Below, in pieces: positions 24,534 to 32,000 of a stretch of DNA of 32,000 nucleotides. Position 1 is the stretch's first letter. Every line of letters starts with the position of its first letter. The position numbers and the translations under genes are program-made. The notes beneath the pieces are model-generated. The model worked only from the letters and a program-made list of their open reading frames with translations, was not told the origin of the DNA and made no database searches. Source of the DNA: Neisseria lactamica (GTDB taxonomy: Bacteria; Pseudomonadota; Gammaproteobacteria; Burkholderiales; Neisseriaceae); the NCBI RefSeq assembly GCF_901482445.1, contig NZ_LR590477.1:1315161-1347160 (forward strand). Direction: 5' to 3'.

Positions 24534-24710
24534 ATGCAAGTAAGTGAGAGAATTGCAGATAGAGCCTTCGATTTTTTCTCGTCCGGCCTTATGGATGATT
24601 CGGCTACCGAAGAGCAATATAATGCCCTATATGATTTAACCTTGCTTGAAGAGCCCGGGATGGAACTGAATAAAGATAAGATAATGGCTTTGATTAATAG
24701 TCTTAAATAA
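24534..24710 (+). CDS. Unlisted 58-codon ORF, paralog of the 76-aa orphan immunity gene at 9327..9557 (possibly 5'-degraded)
   Basis: My translation is [58 protein letters not shown]. It aligns with ...EKIANLAFDFLYAWSKDNSPESRNIIYDLALIGEPGMELTRNDIKELIDSLVE. It falls below the 60-aa track cutoff. Confidence 0.5.
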   Translation: MQVSERIADRAFDFFSSGLMDDSATEEQYNALYDLTLLEEPGMELNKDKIMALINSLK

Positions 24711-24726
24711 AGGGGCTGTACCGGAT

Positions 24727-25614
24727 ATGTACACAGGACGTTTCGCCCCCAGCCCGACCGGGCTGCTCCACATCGGCTCGCTGCTGACCGCCGTCGCTTC
24801 CTATGCCGATGCACGCTCAAACGGCGGCAAATGGCTGGTCCGCATGGAAGACCTCGATCCGCCGCGCGAAATGCCGGGGGCGGCAAGCCATATCCTGCAC
24901 ACGCTCGAGGCATTCGGATTCGAATGGGACGGAGAAGTCGCCTATCAGAGCCGCCGTTACGCCCTGTATGAAGAAACCCTATGCCGTCTGAAAACCGCCG
25001 GACTGGTCTATCCCTGCCATTGCAGCCGCAAAGACTGGCAGGCTGCGGCAGTCCACGGCGCAGACGGATTCGTCTATAACGGACGTTGCCGCAATCCGCA
25101 GCAACGCCCTGCACTGCAAGGCAAACAACCGGCGTGGCGCATCCGCGTCCCCGACCGCGTTATCGGTTTTTCAGACGGCATCGTCGGCGGTTACGCCCAA
25201 AACCTAGCCGGCGACATCGGCGATTTCGTCCTGCTTCGTGCAGACGGTTACTGGGCATACCAGCTCGCCGTCGTAGCCGACGATGCCGAACAGGGCGTTA
25301 CCCACATCGTCCGCGGACAAGACCTGCTCGTTTCTACGCCGCGCCAAATCTATTTGCAGCAGTGTTTGGGCGTTCCGACACCGCAATATGCCCACCTGCC
25401 GCTCCTGACCAACGCGCAAGGGCAGAAATGGTCGAAACAGACGCTCGCCCCCACATTGGATTTAAACCGCCGCGAACAACTCCTCCGCCAAGTGTTCCGT
25501 TACCTCAACCTGCCCGAAGCACCGGAAACCGACCGCCCTGCCGAACTGCTCGACTGGGCGGTGACACACTGGGATATGGACAAAGTGCCGAAACACGCCA
25601 TTACCACTCCCTAA
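24727..25614 (+). CDS. gluQ: Glutamyl-Q tRNA(Asp) synthetase
   Basis: 295 aa. Truncated GluRS-like catalytic domain ([15 protein letters not shown], a class-I HIGH-type motif; KWSKQ, a KMSKS-like motif). Confidence 0.9.
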   Translation: MYTGRFAPSPTGLLHIGSLLTAVASYADARSNGGKWLVRMEDLDPPREMPGAASHILHTLEAFGFEWDGEVAYQSRRYALYEETLCRLKTAGLVYPCHCSRKDWQAAAVHGADGFVYNGRCRNPQQRPALQGKQPAWRIRVPDRVIGFSDGIVGGYAQNLAGDIGDFVLLRADGYWAYQLAVVADDAEQGVTHIVRGQDLLVSTPRQIYLQQCLGVPTPQYAHLPLLTNAQGQKWSKQTLAPTLDLNRREQLLRQVFRYLNLPEAPETDRPAELLDWAVTHWDMDKVPKHAITTP

Positions 25615-25636
25615 ACACCGCCCGACAAACGCACAA

Positions 25637-25663
25637 ATGCCGTCTGAAACCTTCAGACGGCAT
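25637..25663. terminator. DUS inverted-repeat hairpin between the convergent genes gluQ and dusA
   Basis: Arms at 25637..25648 and 25652..25663. Confidence 0.55.
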
Positions 25664-25683
25664 TTCACACATACAGCCCCGCC

Positions 25684-26694
25684 CTATTCGCGCATATTTG
25701 CCCGCTCAACCTCTTTCCACGCTTCGAGAATCAGGCTGCCGTCGTTATCTTTCAAGAGCATTGCGTCGGAAAGCATACGCCGCCAAGTCCGCGCGCCTTT
25801 CAAGCCGTGCATCAGCCCGAGGCTGTGGCGGACGATGTGGCGCAAGATTGTGCCGCGTCCGGCTTGGATTTGGGCTTGACTGTATGTGTAGAGACGCTGC
25901 ACCAAATCGGCGTATTCAATCGGGCTGCGGGTATCGCCGTAAAACAGCCTGTCCCATTCGCGCATCACCATCGGGTTGTGGTACGCCTCGCGCCCGACCA
26001 TCACGCCGTCAACGTGTTGCAGGTGTCCGGCGATTGCTTCGTTGGTGGTGATGCCGCCGTTGATGATGATTTCCAGCTCGGGAAACTCTTGCTTGAGGCG
26101 GTAAACGTAATCGTATTTCAAGGGCGGAACGTCGCGGTTTTCTTTGGGCGAAAGACCGTCCAGCCAAGCGTTGCGGGCGTGGACGATAAAGGTTTTGCAG
26201 GCGGTTTTGTCGCGCAGCGTGCCGACGAAATCGGCAACGGTTTGGTATTCGGTCTGCCTGTCCACACCGATGCGGTGTTTGACGGTAACGGGAATACCGA
26301 CCGCTTCCTGCATGGCGTTGAGGCAGTCGGCAACCAGCCCGACTTCGTTCATCAGGCACGCGCCGAACGAACCTTTCTGCACGCGCGGACTGGGGCAGCC
26401 GCAGTTGAGGTTGACCTCGTTGTAGCCGTATGCTTCGGCAGCTTTGGCGGCTTTCGCCAAATCGGACGGATCGCTGCCGCCCAGTTGCAGGGCGACGGGC
26501 TGCTCGCCTTCGTTAAACATCAAAAAGCGGTCTTTGTCGCCGTAAACAATCGCGCCGGCGTTGACCATTTCGCTGTACAGCCAAGTATTGCGGGTAATCT
26601 GGCGCGCCATATAACGGTAGTGCCTGTCCGTCCAGTCGAGCATCGGGGCGACGGACAGGCGGCGGGGAGGAAGGGTTTGCGTGTTGTCGTTCAT
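25684..26694 (-). CDS. dusA: tRNA-dihydrouridine synthase A
   Basis: 336 aa. DusA N-terminus LSVAPMLDWTDRHYRY and a TIM-barrel Dus sequence (NLNCGCPS). Confidence 0.95.
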   Translation of the reverse strand: MNDNTQTLPPRRLSVAPMLDWTDRHYRYMARQITRNTWLYSEMVNAGAIVYGDKDRFLMFNEGEQPVALQLGGSDPSDLAKAAKAAEAYGYNEVNLNCGCPSPRVQKGSFGACLMNEVGLVADCLNAMQEAVGIPVTVKHRIGVDRQTEYQTVADFVGTLRDKTACKTFIVHARNAWLDGLSPKENRDVPPLKYDYVYRLKQEFPELEIIINGGITTNEAIAGHLQHVDGVMVGREAYHNPMVMREWDRLFYGDTRSPIEYADLVQRLYTYSQAQIQAGRGTILRHIVRHSLGLMHGLKGARTWRRMLSDAMLLKDNDGSLILEAWKEVERANMRE

Positions 26695-26724
26695 TGTCGA
26701 TATTTCATCATTGCGGATTCAATT

Positions 26725-27216
26725 TCAATCCGGAACAACCTTCATTTTTGGGGAAATCCGCGTCATGAAAGAGTCCAGCAGTATGGTTACCGGCCCGTCG
26801 TTGCAGAGCGACACCTGCATATGCGTACGGAAACGCCCTGTTTCGACATGAATCCCGTGTCCGCGCAACAGTTCTGCCGTATGCAGATAAAGCCGTTTTG
26901 CCTGTTCTGCAGGTGCGGCTTGCGAAAACGACGGCCGCCGGCCGCTTGCCGCATCGGCATAAAGCGTAAACTGCGACACCAGCAGCACGGATCCCCCGAC
27001 ATCTTTCAAAGACAGGTTCAGCTTGCCCGCTTCGTCTTCAAACACGCGCAAATGGGCAATTTTGTCGGCAATATATTGCGCATCTTTCTCGGTATCATCA
27101 TGCGTTACACCGAGCAACACGACAAACCCGCCGTCAATTTTGCCGCAGGTTTCCGTGCCGTTTTCAGACACGACATCTACCTTCGCGCCCGTCGTTTTCT
27201 GTATCACCGCACGCAT
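26725..27216 (-). CDS. dtd: D-aminoacyl-tRNA deacylase
   Basis: [15 protein letters not shown]...[16 protein letters not shown]...NDGPVT are canonical Dtd motifs. It has a short C-terminal extension relative to typical proteins of about 145 aa. Confidence 0.9.
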   Translation of the reverse strand: MRAVIQKTTGAKVDVVSENGTETCGKIDGGFVVLLGVTHDDTEKDAQYIADKIAHLRVFEDEAGKLNLSLKDVGGSVLLVSQFTLYADAASGRRPSFSQAAPAEQAKRLYLHTAELLRGHGIHVETGRFRTHMQVSLCNDGPVTILLDSFMTRISPKMKVVPD

Positions 27217-27243
27217 AAGCCGTCCTCCTTACCTGAACGTGCA

Positions 27244-27271
27244 ATGCCGTCTGAAAGGCTTCAGACGGCAT
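27244..27271. terminator. DUS inverted-repeat hairpin
   Basis: Arms at 27244..27255 and 27260..27271, between dtd and the upstream PPIase-like gene. Confidence 0.5.
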
Positions 27272-27288
27272 CGGTATCGGAAATGCCA

Positions 27289-28047
27289 TTACGGTTTGAC
27301 ACCGTTTTCTTCCAAAAGGGCATCGACTTTCAAGCGGGCTTTTTCTTGTCTCAAACCCTGCTCCAATTGGTTTCTGACCAACTCGAAAGGTTGCGCGTCG
27401 GGGTTTTTCCCGATTTCGCTGAGTTTGAACAGATAATAGCGTTCGCCCAATTTGACCGGATCTCGGGTTACGTCGCCGCGATTCATCGCGGCAAACCGGG
27501 AAGCCAGCGGCTCGGGAAGCTGCTGCGCCATAATGAAACTGTCAAACGCCTGCTCGTCGTTCGGATAACGTTTCATTAATCCTTCAAAAGACAGGCCCTT
27601 CAGCAGAAGCTGCTGCGCCTGACGCGCCTCATCCTCCGTGGCAAAACCGACCTGCTGCAATTTGATCATGCGGATTTGCCGCTCATAAAACTGACGCAGT
27701 TCGCTTTCGGAAACCGTTTCCGAACGTTCCAAAAAGCGGACGTATTCTTGGGCGTAAAAAGACGCTTCGGCGATTTTAAAGCGGTTTTGAACGCCTTTAT
27801 CCTTATCCAAACCCGCCTGCAATGCCCCGTTTTTCAAAACTTCCAAAGTTTGCAGCCGGCGGACGGCATCGTTCCGGATTGCCTGCCCGTCCGGTTTTTG
27901 GGATTGTTCCGTATGCAGGTCCGGCTGCCCCATAAGCTGCGCCACCACCTCGTCCACCAAAGCCGGGTCGATTTCGGGTACTTTGGCTGCCGCAAAACCT
28001 GCCAACATTGCAGCAATAACTGCGGCAGCGGTTTTTTTCTGTTTCAT
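27289..28047 (-). CDS. Secreted SurA/parvulin-like chaperone family protein (putative, possibly a degenerate PPIase)
   Basis: 252 aa from MKQKKTAAAVIAAMLAGFAAA (signal peptide). Its architecture and several blocks parallel the neighbouring 288-aa parvulin protein (...ERYYLFKLSEI versus ...DFYGVYYVND). Confidence 0.65.
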   Translation of the reverse strand: MKQKKTAAAVIAAMLAGFAAAKVPEIDPALVDEVVAQLMGQPDLHTEQSQKPDGQAIRNDAVRRLQTLEVLKNGALQAGLDKDKGVQNRFKIAEASFYAQEYVRFLERSETVSESELRQFYERQIRMIKLQQVGFATEDEARQAQQLLLKGLSFEGLMKRYPNDEQAFDSFIMAQQLPEPLASRFAAMNRGDVTRDPVKLGERYYLFKLSEIGKNPDAQPFELVRNQLEQGLRQEKARLKVDALLEENGVKP

Positions 28048-28116
28048 GGTATTCCCTGTCCTGTGCGGCGGCAAAACGCCTGTCTGAACGTCTTGCCGCC
28101 GTATCCCGTTTTCAGA

Positions 28117-28983
28117 TTATTTTGCAGGTTTGATGTCTGCCTTGCCCAACAGCGCGCCGACGGCACGGTCGATCCGTTCCGCCTGAAGGTCGCCGGTAAG
28201 CTGTTCCTTCATTTCATCAAAGGAAGGCACTTTCACCTCGCGGCGGTCGTTGACATAATAAACGCCGTAGAAATCGCCGTTTTTCAGCGGCGTTGCCGTA
28301 AATTCGCCTTTTTTCAAGTCCTTAATTGCTTGATAAAGCGGCGGAACACCCTGTTCCAAATCTTTCAGCGGCACATATCCGTCCGGCTTGCCGGTCTGTT
28401 TGGTATGGTCGTTGAGGGAATATTGTTTCAAAACGGCATCAAAACCTTTTTTCGCCTTCAGGCCGGCAACCGCTTTTTTCGCATTGTCTTCCTTGTCGGT
28501 CAGGATTTCGCCCAACTGGACTTCCTGCGTACCTTTATAAAAACCTCTGATATTGTCATATGCGGCTTTTGCGTCCTGCTCTGAAACCGGCTGGGTTTTG
28601 GCGATATGCAGCGCGTATGCCCTGCCGTTCAAGCCATATTCTACCGCCTGCCAAACGGTTTTGAAGGACGGTTTTTTATCATCGCCCGACTTCTCCGCTT
28701 CGGCACGCAATTTGGCCAGCATGTCTTTAAACTCTGCCGACCGGTCGAGTTTCAAACGTTTGACCTCCTGCGCCACCACGGTGTGGGTGATTTCCTGATT
28801 CAGCAGTGCACGGCGCAACTGCGGGGAATCTTCGGCACTGCTGTTTTCCGCACGAAACGCGGCAACCTGGGCATCAATGACGCTGCTGTCGATTTTTTGA
28901 CCGTTGACGGTTGCCAAAGTTTGGGCAAACAGGCTGCCGGAACAGGCAAGCAGTGCAACGGAAGTCAGGATTTTTGCTTTCAT
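28117..28983 (-). CDS. Peptidyl-prolyl cis-trans isomerase, PpiC/parvulin type (PEB4/cell-binding-factor-like)
   Basis: 288 aa with signal peptide MKAKILTSVALLACSGSLFA|Q, a SurA-like N-domain and a parvulin domain. Confidence 0.8.
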   Translation of the reverse strand: MKAKILTSVALLACSGSLFAQTLATVNGQKIDSSVIDAQVAAFRAENSSAEDSPQLRRALLNQEITHTVVAQEVKRLKLDRSAEFKDMLAKLRAEAEKSGDDKKPSFKTVWQAVEYGLNGRAYALHIAKTQPVSEQDAKAAYDNIRGFYKGTQEVQLGEILTDKEDNAKKAVAGLKAKKGFDAVLKQYSLNDHTKQTGKPDGYVPLKDLEQGVPPLYQAIKDLKKGEFTATPLKNGDFYGVYYVNDRREVKVPSFDEMKEQLTGDLQAERIDRAVGALLGKADIKPAK

Positions 28984-29031
28984 AATCTTCTCTCTTTAAA
29001 TTTTAAATTGAAATGTTCGGGCAGACTTCAT

Positions 29032-29310
29032 TCAGTCCGCCGTATGGAAATACTCGTCGGGGGCAGCCGCCCGGATGCCGAGCGCGTGGATGATGCCGTC
29101 TGAAAACAAATCTTTGAGCAGCGATTTGACCGTTTTCTGACGATTCAGACGGCTTGCGCCTTCAAAATGCCGGCTGACAACCAAAACGGCATAATGTCCG
29201 CCGCCGGTATTGCCCGCGTGTCCTTTGTGCAGATGGCTCTCATCGCCGATTTCCAACACCAGAGGATCGAGCGTCTGCAGGCGTTCGCGGATCAAATCGA
29301 CGGACGGCAT
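29032..29310 (-). CDS. bolA: BolA family protein
   Basis: 92 aa with a BolA-like pattern (DESHLHKGHAG...HFEGASRLNRQKTVKSLL...IHALGI). Confidence 0.8.
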   Translation of the reverse strand: MPSVDLIRERLQTLDPLVLEIGDESHLHKGHAGNTGGGHYAVLVVSRHFEGASRLNRQKTVKSLLKDLFSDGIIHALGIRAAAPDEYFHTAD

Positions 29311-29588
29311 TATTTGAACACCGCTTTAAACGGCTTGATCAGCACTTCGCTATACACGCCGGCGTGAACATAGGGATCGTCTTCCGCCCAAGCCTGCGCC
29401 GCATCCAAAGACTCGAACTGCGCCACAATCAGACTGCCCGAAACACGTTCGGGATTGTCCGGCAGCGGGTTTGGGCCTGCCGTCAACAGCCGACCTTTCG
29501 ACTTCAGCGTCTCCAGCCGTTTGAGGTGTTCGGGACGTGCCGCCATACGCGCCTCGTGCACATCCTCCCCGTCTGTTGCCAGCAACAT
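29310..29588 (-). CDS. yciI: YciI-like protein
   Basis: MLLATDGEDVHEARMAARPEHLKRLETLKSKGRLLTAGP...AEDDPYVHAGVYSEVLIKPFKAVF aligns with my recollection of E. coli YciI. The start may instead be TTG at 29606, as in the track. Confidence 0.8.
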   Translation of the reverse strand: MLLATDGEDVHEARMAARPEHLKRLETLKSKGRLLTAGPNPLPDNPERVSGSLIVAQFESLDAAQAWAEDDPYVHAGVYSEVLIKPFKAVFK

Positions 29589-29602
29589 AAAATATTCCAC
29601 AG

Positions 29603-30133
29603 TCAATCCTCCTTTTTCAGATAGGTACTCAGATAAATACCCTGAATAATAAAGAAAACAAGCATCAGCGCAGTCGAACCGAACATCTTATAGTTAACCC
29701 ATTGCGCTTCAAACCTAGTAAACACAAACCAGTTGGCAATACCCATAAAAATCAGAAAACCGACCCACATATAAGTCAATTTCGCCCATACGGCATCTGG
29801 AAGCTGAATCTCCCTGCCGATACTCGCCTTTAAACCGTTTTTACCCGCAAGGTGGCTGCCCAGCAGGAATAACGCCCCGCACCAGAACAATACTGTCGGC
29901 TTCCACATAATGAAGCGGCTGTCGCCCAAAACAATGGTTGCGCCGCCGAATACGACAATCAGCACCAGTCCGACCCACTGCATCGTATCCAGCTTTTTAT
30001 ATTTCCAATACAGAAAAGCCGCCTGAACCACACCGGCAACCAAGGCAACCGCCGTAGCGGCAATCATATTTTTGGTAACGGTATAAGTAGCAAAAAACAA
30101 GATGACAGACAAAAGGTCGCTGACAAATTTCAT
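29603..30133 (-). CDS. yciB: Intracellular septation protein A (YciB/IspZ)
   Basis: 176 aa from MKFVSDLLSVILFFATY. Five hydrophobic helices typical of YciB, and synteny with yciI. Confidence 0.9.
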   Translation of the reverse strand: MKFVSDLLSVILFFATYTVTKNMIAATAVALVAGVVQAAFLYWKYKKLDTMQWVGLVLIVVFGGATIVLGDSRFIMWKPTVLFWCGALFLLGSHLAGKNGLKASIGREIQLPDAVWAKLTYMWVGFLIFMGIANWFVFTRFEAQWVNYKMFGSTALMLVFFIIQGIYLSTYLKKED

Positions 30134-30421
30134 ATCCAAATGAGAAAGCAAATCAAATAAACGCTAATCATACAGGCAGAACCCTATTTTTGCACCTGCA
30201 AAGCCAACAAATTTTGTTTTGTTTAATGAAAATATGCACAGATGTTTTTGAAAAAAGATGGAGATATGTCATAATTTGTAAAATTGGCTTTAAAATACAG
30301 CTTCGGCTGGGACCTCTGCCTATCCGCACCCTATCGTCCGTATTGCCGATGCCTGATGACGAAATTTACAGACTGTACGCGGTCAAACCGTATTCAGCCG
30401 CCAACCCACAGGGGATACATC

Positions 30422-32000
30422 TTGAAAAACAACAGACAAATCAAACTGATTGCCGCCTCCGTCGCACTTGCCGCATCCTTACAGGCGCACGCGGGGCTCA
30501 GCGGGCTGGATGTCCGTTCCAACCTTGACGAACCTTTTTCCGGCAGCATTACCGTAACCGGCGAAGAAGCCAAAGCCCTGCTAGGCGGCGGCAGCGTTAC
30601 CGTTTCCGAAAAAGGCCTGACCGCCAAAGTCCACAAGTTGGGCGACAAAGCCGTCATTGCCGTTTCTTCCGCGCAGGCAGTCCGCGATCCCGTCCTGGTG
30701 TTCCGCATCGGTGCAGGCGCGCAGGTACGCGAATACACCGCCATCCTCGATCCTGTCGGCTACTCGCCCAAAACCAAATCTGCACTTTCAGACGGCAAGA
30801 CACACCGCAAAACCACTCCGACAGCAGAGTCCCAAGAAAATCAAAACACCAAAGCCCTCCGCAAAACCGATAAAAAAGACAGCGCGAACGTAGCCGTCAA
30901 ACCGGCGCATAACGGCAAAACCCATACCGTCCGCAAAGGCGAAACGCTCAAACAGATTGCCGCCGCCATCCGTCCGAAACACCTGACGCTCGAACAGGTT
31001 GCCGATGCGCTGCTGAAGGCAAACCCAAATGTTTCCGCACACGGCAGACTGCGTGCGGGCAGCGTCATCCAAATCCCGGACTTCAGCAAAATCAAGGCGG
31101 AAACCCCTAAAAAAATCAAGCCGGAACCTACCCCGCCAAAAACAGCGAAACCCCAAGCCGCACCCGTGCCGTCTGAAACGCCCAAACCGGCAGGAAAACC
31201 GGCATCCGTACCCGCCGAAACAGAAATGCCGGCTCCGGCAAAACACCGGCCCGAAACCGCGTCCGTGCCGTCTGAAACACCCGAACCGGCTGCCGAATCC
31301 GCGCCTCAAGAAGCTGCCGCTTCCGCAACTGCCGCAGAACCTGCCGGCGAAATTGCCGCAGAACCCGTTGCCGAACCCGCCGGCAAAGTTGCGCCCGAAC
31401 CCGTTGCCGAACCTGCCGGACAGGCAGCCGCCGAAGAAGAAACCGAAAGCGGACTGTTTGACGGTCTGTTCGGCGTTTCGTACACCTTGCTGCTTGCCGG
31501 CGGAGGCGCGGCATTAATTGCCCTGCTGCTGCTTTTGCGCCTTGCCCGAACCAAACGCGCGCGCCGCACGGAAGAATCCGCCCTTGCAGAAGGTGCGGAA
31601 TCCGGCCCGGACGGCGCATCGGACGACGGCATAGAAATCACCTTCTCCGAAACCGAAATCCCGACAGCGTCCGAAACCGCGCCCCAACCGGACGGGAATG
31701 CCCCGCTTGCCTTGGATGAAGAGGCCGAACAAACCTTGTCGGCGGAACAAACGTTCGATGTAGGTGCAGACACCCCTTCCGGCCATATCGATTTGGATTT
31801 CGACAGTTTGGAAACCGCGCAAAACGGCATCGTATCCGGCGCGCTTACCCGGGATGAAGAAACCCAAAACCGTGAGAATGCCGATTGGAACACCGTCGAA
31901 TCCACAGACAGCGTGTACGAACCCGAAACCCCCAACCCGTACAATCCGGTCTCCATCGTCACCGATACGCCCGAACCGGATTTTACCGAAGGCAGACCGG
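30422..32000 (+). CDS. tspA: FimV/TspA-like LysM-domain protein, partial (continues past the right window edge)
   Basis: Not in the track because there is no stop in the window. The TTG start at 30422 follows AGGGGA. My translation is MKNNRQIKLIAASVALAASLQAHAGLSGLDVRSNLDEPFSGSITV... (FimV N-terminal motif). Further on are a LysM domain (HTVRKGETLKQIAAAI...RLRAGSVIQIP), a Pro/Ala/Glu-rich repeat region, a TM helix (YTLLLAGGGAALIALLLLL) and an acidic tail. Confidence 0.8.
   Translation, partial: MKNNRQIKLIAASVALAASLQAHAGLSGLDVRSNLDEPFSGSITVTGEEAKALLGGGSVTVSEKGLTAKVHKLGDKAVIAVSSAQAVRDPVLVFRIGAGAQVREYTAILDPVGYSPKTKSALSDGKTHRKTTPTAESQENQNTKALRKTDKKDSANVAVKPAHNGKTHTVRKGETLKQIAAAIRPKHLTLEQVADALLKANPNVSAHGRLRAGSVIQIPDFSKIKAETPKKIKPEPTPPKTAKPQAAPVPSETPKPAGKPASVPAETEMPAPAKHRPETASVPSETPEPAAESAPQEAAASATAAEPAGEIAAEPVAEPAGKVAPEPVAEPAGQAAAEEETESGLFDGLFGVSYTLLLAGGGAALIALLLLLRLARTKRARRTEESALAEGAESGPDGASDDGIEITFSETEIPTASETAPQPDGNAPLALDEEAEQTLSAEQTFDVGADTPSGHIDLDFDSLETAQNGIVSGALTRDEETQNRENADWNTVESTDSVYEPETPNPYNPVSIVTDTPEPDFTEGRP

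Noticed and set aside
25086-27579. 321-aa and 590-aa plus-strand ORFs
   Set aside because: They overlap gluQ in another frame or lie antisense to dusA/dtd. They have Arg/Pro-rich or Val/Phe-rich junk composition.
28078-28089. CGCCTGTCTGAA, resembling another DUS dialect
   Set aside because: It matches 11 of 12 positions, occurs once, and lies in an ordinary intergenic spacer. That is compatible with chance or a decayed canonical DUS.
27676-29103. 302-aa and 165-aa plus-strand ORFs
   Set aside because: They are antisense to the two signal-peptide-bearing parvulin-like genes.
31321-31430. Tandem repeats that might suggest a CRISPR-like or VNTR array
   Set aside because: The repeats are in frame within a coding Pro/Ala/Glu linker and have no spacer structure. 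No CRISPR array is present anywhere in the window.
30788-31962. Several minus-strand ORFs (173, 163 and 218 aa) and the plus-strand ORF at 31029..31517
   Set aside because: They are antisense to, or out of frame with, the FimV/TspA-like gene, whose LysM domain, TM helix and N-terminal motif identify the true frame.

Overview
This is a Neisseria chromosomal segment of the pathogenic or closely related type. I counted more than 25 copies of the DNA uptake sequence (ATGCCGTCTGAA or its complement), mostly as inverted-repeat hairpins at gene ends, plus one 155-bp Correia element. Most of the window is core housekeeping: fnr (partial), hemN, a PiT phosphate transporter, anmK, GIY-YIG/ampG, glnA, aroE, mtgA, tRNA-Phe, lptB-lptA-lptC-kdsC-kdsD, tal, gluQ, dusA, dtd, two parvulin-like PPIases, bolA-yciI-yciB, and a partial FimV/TspA-like LysM protein. 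The standout is a mosaic island of about 8 kb (about 5.3-13.5 kb) between anmK and ampG, in which GC-rich and very AT-rich blocks alternate. It has the architecture of a maf-type polymorphic toxin/immunity locus. In order it carries: MafA lipoprotein; Sec-dependent MafB, whose conserved N-terminus ends in VSGDF and is followed by an AT-rich toxin tip; an adjacent immunity gene; a start-less mafB 3' cassette with a different tip and an overlapping immunity gene; a start-less Hint/BIL-toxin cassette that is absent from the ORF track and carries an in-frame TAG, again with an overlapping immunity gene; and further orphan or degraded immunity-like genes. A second AT-rich islet between tal and gluQ (about 23.9-24.7 kb) holds a 3' remnant of a toxin related to the first orphan cassette, plus two immunity-like genes. 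One of these is an unlisted 58-codon paralog of the island's orphan immunity gene. No CRISPR array, rRNA, transposase or prophage genes were seen. Many long ORFs in the track are antisense shadow ORFs of GC-rich genes.
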